Shown here: positions 1-13,169 of the stretch, piece after piece
How positions within the stretch are numbered: the stretch's first letter is position 1
How the letters are laid out: each line of letters starts with the position of its first letter
Source: Psilocybe cubensis
Taxonomy: Eukaryota
Length of the DNA: 64,000 bases
Assembly: GCA_017499595.2 (NCBI GenBank)
Contig: CM039003.1
Coordinates: 3,162,001-3,226,000 of the forward strand
Direction of reading: 5' to 3'
The notes under the pieces: model-generated
The model's database searches: none
Seen by the model: the letters and a program-made list of their open reading frames with translations, nothing else
Told to the model about the DNA's origin: nothing
Position numbers and translations under genes: made by a program

Positions 1-504
1 CATTCAATGCTCCCGATGCAGTTTTTCCAACTTATTCCATACTTGATCGATTTGAATTATTTCATGCTTCGTACTGGAAGAGACTGGAAACCTCTCCAAC
101 AGTGGGAAAATGGGAAAAGGATTCAACAAACAATTGGACTCACTAAACGAGAAGCAAACGTTGTCGCCAAGATATGCGTCGAAATCGATAGCGCAATATC
201 ATCGATCAATCAATTGATCGGAGCGTGGATGATTGCGCGCATCAACGGAACGAAGATCCAAAACGGCGAGAACTTTTGAAACTTTAGAGAATTTTCCAGT
301 AGGACGAAGAATGTATCAAAATGATATTTTAAGCCGGAAAGATACAATATGAAGGAGTTTGAAGCAATATAGATTCTGAAAGGGAAGTCTATGGAAGGCT
401 TGGAAGCCAAACGGCAACTGTGCCGAATAAAGTTATAGCGGAGCGTGAAAGTAACTTGATGTCCAGGCTAGACGACTGCCACATTTTCAGTAATTAATAA
501 CTAA

Positions 505-1188
505 CACGTCGGGATTTTCCGAATGTAAAACTAACTTGTACGGAAGACTCGTATCTTGCACAGATAGTCCAAGTAGAACTCCAAGTAGAAATTTCTCTTA
601 CATTTTGAATAAAAGATGAACTTTAAAGTTGTCTTATACATTAAGTACCAGATCAAGGTGTCAGAATGAACTCCAGTTTGAGTGTAAATCAAACTGTAAG
701 AAATGCTCGTATGTTAACTGGAAGAAAAAATACGAGAAGTTTTTCCAGTTAAACTGGAAGACACGCTGCAAAATTATTAGTCAGATGATGTAGCGTAATT
801 ACCTACCCGATTTAGCTGGAAATCAGTCTTATATTTTGATTTTGGCCCTGATATTAACATATAAGATTAATTTCCAGCTAACCCGGGTAGATAATTACGT
901 TACATTACCTGACTAATAACCTTGCAGCGTGTCTTCCAGTTTAACTGGAAAAACTTCTCGTATTTTTTCTTCCAGTTAACATACGAGCATTTCTTACAGT
1001 TTGATTTACACTCAAACTGGAGTTCATTCTGACACCTTGATCTGGTACTTAATGTATAAGACAACTTTAAAGTTCATCTTTTATTCAAAATGTAAGAGAA
1101 ATTTCTACTTGGAGTTCTACTTGGACTATCTGTGCAAGATACGAGTCTTCCGTACAAGTTAGTTTTACATTCGGAAAATCCCGACGTG
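505..1188. mobile_element. Non-autonomous foldback DNA transposon: 684-bp near-perfect palindrome with CACGTCGGGATTTTCCGAAT termini and a TAA target-site duplication
   Basis: 505-771 is the reverse complement of 922-1188 with no mismatch found by eye. The inner 772-921 is an imperfect palindrome with essentially no spacer. TAA flanks both ends (502-504, 1189-1191). Superfamily is unresolved: CAC ends suggest CMC/CACTA, while a TAA TSD suggests PIF/Harbinger. Confidence 0.9.
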
Positions 1189-1879
1189 TAAAGCAGGTAA
1201 TCATGTAACATAAAGGACTTCATAAACTGTAGTTTTATCCAACCAAAGAGTGTAAATCAAAGCTTTTAATCCTGATACACCAAGTCGTCGGAGTTTAGAT
1301 ACAGATCTTTCCCGATAATGCCGACGGGCGCTAAGCGAGCCATTGGGTAGTAAAGTATACCAAGTTTTCCACAGAGATGGCAGGTATGCTGAGTACCCAC
1401 TAAAACAGTATTTATTCACAATCATTCAGGAAATAGAGCTGAATGATTGTCATTAATGTCAGCAAAAAAACCGCCATTCAGGCTATGTTCGTACGACTGA
1501 TGACTCACTAAGTCGATTTTCGACCTGAAAAATACCAAAACAGGTAATATATGACAGTATTTCAGGCTGTATTTGAAGACACGGTCACCTTTGGGTAAAG
1601 GAAGAAGGGAAGGAGGGTGCTATTTTGAAATAATTTGAGTTGTTCATCGTGAAAAATGGGTTTTGCGTAGGCTGATTTACCCATGTGGGATGTCGTGCCC
1701 ACATAGATCTCATCAACAGTAAATTGTCAAATACAACCATCAATGAATCCGATTCTTAATGCATGACAAAGTTTCATGAGAATCCAAATGATTTATGTAC
1801 GAATCTCGAGGGTATATATGTAGCATGAATTCTGGCTGATGTTCAACACGAAAGCTGAGAAACAACAACTTCTATTGAC

Positions 1880-2660
1880 ATGACTATCATCCTTTACGAT
1901 ATCCCTTCTACATTGCCAGGGAAAATTTGGAATCCAACTGTTTTGAAGACAAGGCAAGTCTTTCAAATGTCAGAGTTTTGTTCAGCACTGTCTATTTACT
2001 ATCAAATTGAGCAGGTTCTGCCTCAATTTCAAAGGCATACCATTTACCACACAATGGGTCGAATACGTCGAGCTCGAACCACTCTTTAAAAAATTGGGGA
2101 TTGAACCCACGGGAAAATGGCCAGACGGCAGACCGTTCTACTCAGTTCCCTCCATCTACGACCCGTCGACTGGGGTTTACGTTTCTGACTCTATCAAAAT
2201 CGCGGAGTATCTCGAGAAGACATACCCCAACACACCCACTTTGTTCCCAGGCAATACCGCGGGAGTGCAGTCTGCGTTCAGCGAAGGGTTTCTTTCTGTC
2301 CTTGCACCAATTTCTGGCCTTGCACTCCCCAGTGTGCTTCCCAATCTAAACCCCATCAGCATTGAATATCTGAGGGGACGCGTAGAGGCGGTACGAAGCA
2401 AGGACCTTGAACAGGATTGGATCAAGCTCCAGGAGGCGATGGATCAAATCAATATTTGGTTTGGAAGGAATGGCGGGAAAGGACAGTTCCTGCTTGGAGA
2501 GGTTATTTCATGGGCTGACATTGTGGTCGCCAGTATCTTGTTCTTCTTGAGGCGAGCATGGGGAGAAGACAGTGAGGAGTGGAAGAAGATCTGTTCTTGG
2601 AATGGAGGAAGATGGAAGAATTTTAGCGATGCTTTCAAGAAGTATGAGACCGTCATATAG
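1880..2660 (+). CDS. Glutathione transferase, fungal GSTFuA-like, paralog 1 (exons 1880-1953, 2015-2660; GC-AG intron)
   Basis: Reads MTIILYDIPS...WNPTVLKTR|FCLNFKGIPFTTQWVEY...FYSVPSIYDPSTGVYVSDSIKIAEYLEKTYP...ISWADIVVAS...WNGGRW. Splicing GCAAGT..GAGCAG (1954-2014) joins the two ORFs in frame at the same position as in the paralogs. Confidence 0.92.
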
Positions 2661-3034
2661 AGCTTGAATAGGAGATTACCCAGGCGGTGATAACGGAGCC
2701 AAACACCACCGCCTTAAACAGCCGCTGCCTCTATATATGCTGTATCTTGCAATATTTGTAATTGTTCAAACTTCATTGTACGTTCGCGACTCGCGAGGTT
2801 TAATGTAATCTTCGGGAGTTTCCGGGATTTCAGTGACTCGACTGTCAATTGTAATTGAATTCGGTCATTTCCAAACCCCATTAGAACGGCTAATCGTGCA
2901 AAATTGTGTAATGCTTACTTGAATCACACAATCATGTTTAGAAGCGTTACTGGGACAGTCGTTGGCCAGTTGTATAAAATTGAATTCTTTAACCAGGGGT
3001 TTACCACAAACACATCGACAAAATCACTTGTACA

Positions 3035-3820
3035 ATGACCATCATCCTATACGACATCCCCTCAACGCTCCCGGATAAGGCATGGAGTCCTATGGTATGG
3101 AAGATAAGGTGGGTCCTGTCTCTACTATCCTCAAACGTCAGTCAAAGTGCGACTCTACCCTCTTCATCTAACAGATTCAGCCTAAACCTGAAAGAACTTC
3201 CGTACAAAACAGAATGGGTAGAGTACCCCGACATAGAGACGCACTGTCGTAGCCTGGGCATCCCACCTACCTCCCAGAAGCCCGACGGCAGCCCATTCTA
3301 CACACTTCCCGCAATCCACGACCCCTCAACGGGCGTCTATATTTCAGACTCCGTCAAAATTGCCGCGTACCTCGAAGAGCGCTACCCAAGCGGCCGCCGC
3401 ATCTTCCCTACCGGCCACGCTGGGATACAGATCATATTCGAGGAGGTGTTATTTGAAAATGTGTCACCGCTGCTGGCGCTTGCGTTCCCAGACTTTGTGC
3501 GCAAGATGAATGCGAGGAGTGGTTGGTTTATGATCGAGAAGGTAGAGGCGGTGGGGAGCAAGAATCGGCGGGAGGATTGGGTGAAAGCACAGGAGGGTAT
3601 GGGTAAAGTTGCTGGGTGGTATGAAAAGAATAAGGAGAAAGGCCCGTTTTATTTTGGGGATAGGATTTCGTGGGTGGATATTGGAGTCGCGTCGTTTTTA
3701 GTGTTTTTCAGACGATCGTGGGGAGAAGATAGCGAGGAGTGGGGGAGAATATGTTCTTGGGATGGAGGTCGCTGGAGGAATCATTCAAGAATCTTTATGG
3801 AGTTCGAAATAGTTCATTGA
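3035..3820 (+). CDS. GSTFuA-like glutathione transferase, paralog 2 (intron 3109-3174)
   Basis: Motifs WSPMVWKIR, WVEYPDIE, YTLPAIHDPSTG, DSVKIAAYL, WDGGRW. The 66-nt GT..AG intron lies at the conserved position and reads through in frame. Confidence 0.92.
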   Translation: MTIILYDIPSTLPDKAWSPMVWKIRWVLSLLSSNVSQSATLPSSSNRFSLNLKELPYKTEWVEYPDIETHCRSLGIPPTSQKPDGSPFYTLPAIHDPSTGVYISDSVKIAAYLEERYPSGRRIFPTGHAGIQIIFEEVLFENVSPLLALAFPDFVRKMNARSGWFMIEKVEAVGSKNRREDWVKAQEGMGKVAGWYEKNKEKGPFYFGDRISWVDIGVASFLVFFRRSWGEDSEEWGRICSWDGGRWRNHSRIFMEFEIVH

Positions 3821-6800
3821 AATGAAATGCAAGATATTTAATGGTGGGATAGGGGCCGGAAAGCACCTCTATGGACATAATTTTGGGTCTCAAATGCGCG
3901 AAGCCGGACAATATTATTTCCTAATTAAGAATATTTCTTCCCTTGCGGAAGTTACTTCCAATCTCTACATTGAGGAAAGGTTAAGGCCTTAATGAGACGC
4001 ATCTCTTACAAACTAATCATCATACGTATTTTATTCCAAAAACGCTGGGCGGACTCAATCCCTCAATCCTCGAGGAATGAACAAAGAAATCACGCAATTG
4101 GGGCACCAAACCCGTGAATTTTGGACATGTCTATAGGAGACCTTCACAGACTCTGGCAGAACGAGGCAGCTCAGAAAGGCGGGACCGAACAGACTTAAAA
4201 CTTGTGCCAAAACGCGGCAGCCACAAGCCGAGAATACAATATCTTAACGTACAAAAGGATAAGGTCCGCACAAAAGAACCTCTTAAGCTCTTGCTTCTAA
4301 GTCTCCCCTATCTCTTCGATTCTAGCATCCACGAGACACTATCAACCGAGACTTCGACTTGAACTTGTGTCAATACAAGAAATATTCCTCACAATACACT
4401 CTTGTCCAAAATAATCACTTCATGTACCAAATCAACAGCCTACACAGAGCATGCCAGCATCGTATCTATAATTGATACATGATAACCTGCCCCATGCCTC
4501 ACAACGCTTCCTACTTTAATTGACATTCATACTCGTATATACGGACACAAACTCCGGTAGACTGTATCCTCGCCCCAACCTACCCGTGCATGCCTCATGG
4601 CGTGTGCATGTACATGTGCATGTGCGGCAATCCCGGTGGCGATGTCCTTTGCATCCACTGCACGCGTGCATGTCGATGATCGAGTGCAATACCCACCAAC
4701 CCCACCCCTCGGTATCCCAACCACTCGGTAATACGGTATCTTACTTCCCAGTGCAATGACACTGCGCAGTCACGGTCTCTCGATCTCGCAGGTCGGACCG
4801 GAGCAGTCTGATTGCAATGGTACCGTGCTGCGTAGCGAGGCCTGGTACGTTGTGCTGGGTTGGCGTGTAGGATCATATCCGGGAGGGGAGGGGATCAGAA
4901 GGGTATACATCTAAATAACCCTCACTTTCGCTTCCGAGAGGGCGTTCACTTAACCGAGTTGAGTGCAGCCGTACGGGAAAGCAACCCTTTTTAGTAGCTA
5001 AGAAGGAAAATGGATTTTGGATGGGACCAACACGCCTGATGGATTTGATTGTTAAAGTGGGTATTTGCTGCTATTCATAAAGTTTCATTCAGATATAAGT
5101 AAACTGAATATAAGTAGGGAAGATTTATACTTAGCCTTTTAGCGCTCGTGGCACCACACCTTAACCTTGTCATATCGACTCATCAACCCACCCCGCCGCG
5201 GTTTTCAATCCAGACCTTCATATTCGTCACCCTGTGGGTAGGATTCGTGAGGTCCACGTAACAGCTACACGGATTGTTACAGTAATAAAGCGCGTGTAGT
5301 GTACTATAGGCGTGAAAGATGTTATCGCTTGACTCATAAGATAACAGTAAGATAAAGATAATATGCACGGAAAGTTTGTAATTTGACCTATCCAAAATCC
5401 ATTTCCCCGCGTTTTGAAAATGACGATACTTGCAAGGAAGGGCGATCGGTACCCACGAAAGGCCTCCAGTTCAAGTAATGAACATTGAAGAGTCTCACCT
5501 CGCCTTGCTTTGGAATCTGGATCCTGCGCAGAACCCTCACCTCCCCCCTCAGCCCTAGGGACAGCCCCACGATCGACGTACGCAATTACATTATTATTCT
5601 TACTCTTACTATTAATTTGGTACTCAGCGGTTCTTTCATTCGACACTGCACCCTGACGCAAAGTTTGTTTAGTTTCTAACTTGTGATCTCTGGTTTACAT
5701 TTGTGGATTATGGATTGTAGATTGTGGTAAGCTGAACAAAAGAGTGTATGGTATGTATACCTATCTGTCCGAATTTCACGGGTTTCTTATATCCGTATAC
5801 TATACGGAATTTAGGATGTCCTGTTCTAGATTAGAGAAGGTGTAAGTATATGAGTTTGGAGTAAGTATATGTGTATTGTGCTTTTTGTGTTGGGTGCAAA
5901 TGATTCTTGAATTCCTGAAACAAAGTACAGTAACGTTTATTCGAGATAGTATATTGTTTCTCCCCTCAAGGCAACGGGCACCCTGATGCTCTCGCTCCCA
6001 TTCCCACTCCTCCATACACGAATAACACTCACACTCATAATCGCACTGATACCCCTTCCGATTTAAACTGACCCGGCACCTATATGTTTCAAAATCAACT
6101 GCGACTCTGTCATCACGGTGGAGTGCCTAGAAAAAGATAAAGTCAATAGACAAGCTTCATCATCCTCCTCTAGCTAAAGCTGGAGTCAACACTCGACACT
6201 CAAGGCTCCAGATTTGAAACTTGAAATTTGAAACTTGAGAGGCACATGAACTGCCAACATGTTGAACCCTGGACAGACGATGATAATGATAATAGTTGTA
6301 TCGGTATGATTATCCATTTTATTGAGAGATATTTTAGTTTAGATTGGTCAGGGTTTAGGTTGGGGTTGTGCATGTTTTTTGAAACTCGACAGTCGACATT
6401 ATGCAGGGTAATCAAATCACACAGATACTTTATATATATGGATATGGATGGATGCGTAACGTACGCAAATTCAAATTGTATACGTTAGACTTGGGACCTC
6501 CTCGGTTTCACGTTCACGTTAGCTTTTGCTTTCGTTTTGACCCGACTCTCCTTCACTTCGTCTATCCAGTGTGACTATACATAGGTGAGACTGTATGTAT
6601 TTGTCGAGTTAACGCGCATCCATAAAATCCGAACAAGGACCCTGTGTTACAAAATACGCTATTCAGCACGCCCACCAGATCCTCGGAGGATGATAGAGAA
6701 CGAAAACCCACAGGCGTCGTGAATTCCCTAGGGACTCAGACTGGGGTCGTTCCTTGGTGCCTTGGGACATTGGCCCCTGGTCTTGTGCAGAAAAGGCTAG

Positions 6801-7994
6801 TCTTCGGCGTCTTGAGCGTGAAGGAGAGGGTCTTGGGTGTCTGGGTATGGAAATATTACGACGCGTCCAAGAGTCCAAGTGTATAAATGCGTCCCCGTCG
6901 GTGGGCTCGGCGTGGTAGGCGCGGTGCCGCGGGAATGCGGAGTGAACAGGCGGTTTCTTGGCTGGGTCTTGGGGGTTGAAACTTCAAACAAAATGGATAT
7001 GAAAGTGAATGAATGAGGTGAAGGCGAGCGGGAGAACGTTTAGCAGAGAAAGAGAAGGGGAGCGTGCAGTGGGTCTGTTCGAAGGTGAGAGCGAGTTCAA
7101 GTAGAGTTTTATTGCTTTACATACCTTCATAGTCACCTTCACCTTCACCATCATCTTCACCTTCAGTATAAGCTTGATTTTCATAATGTATGGCACACTT
7201 ACTTGCTTTTTCACAAAGGTCAAGATTGGTCATAGCAGTATTCATAGGGACTTTGATTCAAAAATAGAACGCGCTGGTCCCTTCAATTTGCCGTGTCATG
7301 ACTCAGACATGATGGTAAAATGCTCAGTTCCATAGCCGAGGATACGGAAACGTTGACCAGGGCTTCCGTCCAAGCTTCGAATTTCGCGACAGAGGGAGAG
7401 AAAGAGGGGGAAATGGAGAGTGACCAGCTAGTCTAGTGACTAGTCAAGTTTGCGCCGCCGTATCATGTAACTCGCATCATTATAATATGACCGTGGGCGT
7501 GGGTGTGTATGCCGTCCTCGATCCCTCACTTTGGAATTGGGACTTCCTTGTGCGGGCGCCGCCTGGCGAGCTTCTTAATGGTGAACCGGGCATGCGCCTG
7601 GCGTGCACCCAGTTTTCTCGAGGTTCCACCTCGAGCGGAGCGGAACTTTGAGCGTGTGATTATGTGGTCTGTCTGGGTACGAGTGTAAAGGATGAGATGA
7701 AGTAATGCGAAGAGTAGTAGGTTTCAAAAGGCTTGAAAAGTGAGGTGAAATTTTGAAAGGCATGCCTTGATCTCCCTCCTGCCCTCCCTCGTCGCCATAC
7801 AGCTTCTTCCCCGCGAAACGTAGTTTAACGTTAGCTTTGCGAGTTTTGAGCAGGGTGTCGGGTCACACGACGCAGAGTATTTCGGGTAGCCAAGCAAGGA
7901 GCTTGGATGCAGGACGTGTAAAGCCCGGAGGATTCAGTTAAAGGCCCGCCCCCTCCCTCCTGCAAAAAAACATAACGTAAGTCAGGTTCCTGAA

Positions 7995-8139
7995 CCCCCA
8001 CCCCCCCTTCCCTTCCCTTCCCCAAAATCGCATTTGTCTTGGGATGCGATTGGCTGGGCCTGTTTATCTAATAATAGTTGACATTAGCCGGCCTGCCCAG
8101 CGTTTTTTGTTGGCGAGCTAGGCGCGTGATTGGCTGGGC
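7995..8139. promoter_or_regulatory. Putative upstream regulatory region of the antiporter: C-run tract (G4-capable on minus strand) and two GATTGGCTGGGC motifs (inverted CCAAT boxes)
   Basis: CCCCCACCCCCCCTTCCCTTCCCTTCCCC at 7995-8023; an identical 12-mer at 8048 and 8128. Function is inferred only. Confidence 0.35.
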
Positions 8140-9088
8140 AGAAGGTTTATCATCATCGCCTCTGGTTTTTTGGAGCTCCATTGAGGTTCTCCGAATTCAG
8201 GAAGTCCGCGCTGTGGATTTGCTTGTTCTCATTCATTCATCATACATACATACTCGATACCTCGCCCTCGCCGTTCCACGTTTCACGTTTCACGACCCGC
8301 GCACGTTGTTCCGGACCCACGACAGAGAAAGACAAACATCCTTGCCTTTTCATTCTTTGCGGTTTCCACTATCACTTTTTCCCACCTCGAGACCACCCCC
8401 AACTCTGGCTATTGCTGGAGCTTGGCTGTGCTGTGCTTGTGCTTTTTATACAGTTTGCCGGTTGGCCCAGGCGAGGAATACCCACCTGAAGCCACTCACC
8501 CACGCCCTCAACCCTCGAATTCAATTCCGAATCGCGACAACGACACAAAACGCTTACTGAACACCCCGGGAGAGCAATCTTGACACTCTCATCCCATTCC
8601 AAACCGTTCGTTCTCACACATACACTCGACATTTGCACTATTTCCACCGGCACACCCCACCCCGTGCAACAAAATTTCTATTCCTGACAGGACAGGACCA
8701 CAAGAGGCACGGTTGCGCGAATTACGCTGTTGGTGAGTAGCGCCTCTCTTCTCAACGTCCATCATCAGTCGCTGCCATTGCGTTGTGTTGGCTTTTCCCT
8801 TTCCTGTCGTTGTGGATCCGTGTCCTTTCCAAATTCCAATTCAATTGGTCGCTGAGCGTCAATCTGAGATCCCGCCACTCTCTCCCTTTGTTTTAGGTGC
8901 TAGCGACATTTGGATTAGCGCGTGGAGGATAGTCTTGGGATATCCGAATTAGAGGAGTTTATTTGGGCCATCATTGAACCTATACGATTACGACGAGACG
9001 AAGACAAGGAAACACGACTTCTATCCAAGATATCATCACGAGAGACGAAAATACAGAGAGAAAATTCAAGTGAAAGGAGAAAGGCATC

Positions 9089-12000
9089 ATGGTGTTTTGG
9101 CCGGTGAGTGTTCCTTTTCATTTTATGCTTGGCTAGAATGGGAGATGGCTGGGACGCGCTCGCTCCGAGTCTCAAACTCCTTTCCTTCTCGCCCTTTGCT
9201 CGCCTTCCGTTTCTCCCAGTCGCCAGTGCTGGACGCTACCTCACTTGTACGGCATGTACATCATGTGCATGTGTGCATTAGGCAGGCTATCTACCCGCAT
9301 TCATAATTTGACCTCCCCCATCTCATCTTTCATCTCGGAGGTTCCTCTGCACATCTTGCGGAGATGAACGCCTCTCCTGATTCCCGCATCTGCTCTATTT
9401 TTGACTGCTGGTATCGAGGTCTCTTCGTGATTGCTGACGTGCTTCCCTCGTTTCTCTTGCGTAAATCCTTTAACCATCTTCTTTCTTAACACCCATCATG
9501 TCCATCAACCCGATCGCTTTCGTTGTGGACTTTGTTGCTTTGTCGTGGTGGATTAGTTTGAGGTGTCGACACCACACATTATCTATGCCGTCCTTGGGGC
9601 ATTTATCGTTATCGTATGTTTACCCCTATTGTTTGAATGATGATTCTATGCTAATATTTTGATAGTTTGGCATGTTCTCGCTTTTCCTGCGTGAACGCGT
9701 ATGTATTTTTTCTTCGAATATTCATTACAGAATAATTAACAACCAGAGCAGCTGTACATAGGAGAAGCCATCTGGGCATTCATATTCGGAGTCATCATCG
9801 GTACGTCCCACATATCGCATGGCCATAGCCATCTTGACGCAAACACACACACACACGCAGGCCCGTACTGCGCAGACATATTCAACCCACGCGCGTGGTC
9901 GTCCTCGTCGGATCCCAGCGTCATTGAGCAGACGACGAACGAGATCACGCTCGAGTTTACCCGCGTCGTGCTCGCCATCGGCGTCTTTGCGATCGGTGTC
10001 GAGCTCCCCAAGGCGTATATGCTTAAACACTGGAAGAGCCTGATGTTCCTCCTGGTGCCCGTTATGACCTGGGTGTGTAGCTAACAATTTTGTGTGTGAC
10101 AGAGGCTGATGAATGATATTTGATAGGGATGGTTCGTCTCCGCCGCGTTCATATTCGCGCTTGTTCCAGGGCTCAACTTTCTCTCCTCCCTCGCTGTGGC
10201 GGCCTGTCTTACACCAACGGACCCTATCCTCGCCGCTGCTGTCGTCGGAGGAAAGTGGGCAGATAAGCATGTTCCAGCGCATATCCGCCACCTGCTCGCA
10301 GCGGAGAGCGGCTGCAACGACGGCGCTGCGTTCCCATTCCTCTACCTCGCACTGTACCTGACAATCGACCGTACGACGGGGATTGCTGTTAGAGATTGGT
10401 TTTTGGTTCTATGGCTTTGTAAGTCTCGCGCTCACCTTATCATTGGTCTCTCAACTGACAATCCACAGACCAAGTCATCCTGGGCGTTATCATAGGCTGC
10501 TTCCTGGGCTTCGGGTTTAGACACCTCATGAAGTTCTGCCAGCGGCACGACCTCATCGACAGACACTCCTACGTCGCACAATACGTCTCCCTTGCTATGC
10601 TCACCATTGGAGTCACCACGCTCCTAGGCTCCGACGACCTCCTCGCGGCCTTCTTCTGCGGCACCGCCTTTGCATGGGACGGGTTCTTCAATAAACAGAC
10701 CGAAGAATCCGTCTTCTCATCCGTCGTCGACACGCTGTTCAATATCGCCGCGTTCATCTACGTCGGCGCGTGGATGCCATTCAACAAGTTCAACGACGCG
10801 GCACTGACGCTCAGCGTCTGGCGTCTCGTCCTCATTGCTTTACTCGTGCTCGTGCTGCGCAGGCTCCCAGTGATGATGCTGTTGTACAAATGGATTCCGG
10901 ACATCAAGACTTTCAGAGAGGCGGTGTTTTCAGGCCATTTCGGGCCTATTGGTATCGGTGCGGTGTTTATCTCGACGCTGGCCATTGAGATCCTGCAGCA
11001 TGCACGCGAGCACGCCGAGGCGGCTACGACAGGCAGCGGCGGGCACGAAGTGAATGGCGACTTTGGAGAAGAGACCGACCAGATGCGTCTGTTGGAAGAC
11101 ACGATTCAGCCGATTGTCGCGTTCATGGTCCTGTGCTCCATTACAATCCATGGGCTGTCAATTCCTGGCTTTAGCTTGGGACGGCGTGTGCACAGTGTGT
11201 CGCGGACGTGGAGTCGGAGAGATACGATGACAAACACGAGCACACGCGGTGGAAGGGTCAGAGAACCCGAGTGGGCGACGCAGGCGCGCAGGGTGACGCG
11301 TGCAGAGGATATTGTTGTGAACAGGGATAGAGACGACATGCCCAGGCCTGCGCGGGACGTGGATCTGGAGAGCGGGATCGTCCTCGAGCGCGAAAAGTCC
11401 ACAGGAAGTGGGAGTGGGAGTGGTACGATTGACAACGATATCGACGAGGAGAAGACGGGGAATGGGTATATGGCTGAGTCAGGGCTCAGCGGCGACACAC
11501 GCGTTGCGTCGGCGACCCCTGGGGGTGATGGGGTGCATGTCGAATTTGTGGATAGTCCTGGCCCTGCGACGCGCATTGGGACGCCAGATACGACGAGGCC
11601 TGCTACGCCCTCTGCGGCTGCTACAGGTGGTTCTGGAATTGGACTGGGAGGCTTGGGAGCCACCGTTGCTGATGATCAACATCGGCAACAACACCGACAA
11701 GCTGAAGATGCACACGCACATCGCCAGCACCCGCAGATATTTGGCCAGCCGCACCATGTACGACACCCTGAGCAGAGAGCAGCATCTGATAGAGATTACG
11801 CACCTGATGGAGGGCCTGTAGAGGACGATGGCGAGCAGGAGCATACGGTCGCCGAGTGGATTGAGGGTAACCAGCGAGTGATCGAGACCAAGAGAGGTCC
11901 TGGTAGCGATGTGAGTCTTTTAATCCTCCCTTTTCCACCTCTTATCAACATGTTCTATAGGTTGAAGTTGTCGTCGTCGATGATGGTCCGAGTCGTTCAG

Positions 12001-12851
12001 GAGCGAATGCTACGCCTACGGCGCGATGGCAGGGGAAAGTACACGAACTTGAGCATGATGCGGAGGATATTGGACGCGCTATTTCACGGCGGTTGAGTCA
12101 GATTGGAACAAAAAAGGGTGCTGGACATCGTGCCAAGGAGACTGAAGAAAAGGGGGATATTTTGTTAAGCCAGGCAAAGCAGCTCGAACAAGAACGGCAT
12201 CAACAAGAGAGGACGCAGGAGGTCGTACCACCAGCGCTAGCTACCGTAGGAGGGGACACAGAGGAGGATTCGGATGCTTGGGTGTCAGATACCGACCCAG
12301 CGGCTTTATCAGGCTCCAGAGCGATCCCGCCGCGCACGACGAGCCCGACAAGCCGTGCCGCCAAGAACGCACATGCTCGACGGGGGCCTCCTCAGCATCC
12401 CAAGCCGACGCTAGGCAGAGCTTCCAAGCCGACTGGGCTCGCGCGCCCAGGGACTGCAGACTCGTTTGCGTCACTTGCGTCCAATGCATCGAGCACGAAC
12501 GCATCGCCGAGGGTGGATGCTAGTGGAAATGTTCTGCCGCCGCGCAACCAGCGCTTGGAGAATATACGCACGGGGACGCACTCTAGTCCTGGGACGAGGG
12601 AGAGCTCGCCGTCTAGGAATGTAAGATTTGTTGATTATGCTTCGCAAGGAAGGCCAGGAAGCAGTGGTACTTCTGTATCTGCTTCTCAAAGTCAACAGCT
12701 GCCTCCACCGTCTGTAGGTGCGGCTGAAACTCCACTTGCTGCAGCAGGAGATGAGGAGGATGTTGACCCAGATACCGGTGTCGGTGAAGAGAGAAAGGGC
12801 AGGAGTAGAAGCAAACGGAGGTTTAGGAGGAAAGGTGATGATATCGTCTAA
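9089..12851 (+). CDS. NHA1: Plasma-membrane Na+,K+/H+ antiporter (Nha1/Sod2 family, CPA1) with a long disordered C-terminal tail; multi-exon
   Basis: Spliced N-terminus MVFWP|FEVSTPHIIYAVLGAFIVI|FGMFSLFLRER|LYIGEA. Family motifs ACLTPTDPILA, LLAAESGCNDG, LGSDDLLAAF, GHFGPIGIGA, SITIHGLSIP. First exon is 15 nt (9089-9103). The intron at 11911-11960 joins in frame to the ORF ending at 12851. Confidence 0.93.
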
Positions 12852-13169
12852 AAAGACGATTGTGTAAATGAGTTCACAATTCCCATTCTTATTTTTGTTT
12901 CTCAAAATCTTCTGACTTTTTTTCTCGATTTCTTATCATCATCATCTTTAACCAGATATCTTTTGTTCCCTTGTTTTCTATGCTTTTTCTTATTTGTTGG
13001 ATGTATACTTAATAATTCCTCACTCGTTGATAACATTCTGATTTTTCCTTCAATGTTTTCCACTTGTTTTATAGTTTACCTTTTCAGTTGTCTGTTTTTT
13101 TTCTATCTCTGCTACATCATGCACATGCACAATGTATTATATAGAATCATCATCATTTTTCGACAGAAA

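Noticed and set aside
7-480. Short ORFs at the left edge
   Set aside because: No recognisable motifs or consistent splice model; possibly a decayed fragment.
1248-1261. 14-bp match (GAGTGTAAATCAAA) to the foldback interior, just outside the element
   Set aside because: Too short and isolated to call; it could be chance or a relic of an older related element.
4600-4675. Alternating purine-pyrimidine tract (potential Z-DNA) and His/Val-rich ORFs
   Set aside because: Short low-complexity sequence; similar tracts occur in an NHA1 intron, and the ORFs follow from the repeat.
9725-12905. Many antisense and alternate-frame ORFs over NHA1 (likewise over the GSTs and other genes)
   Set aside because: Shadow ORFs of GC-rich coding sequence with no independent motifs.
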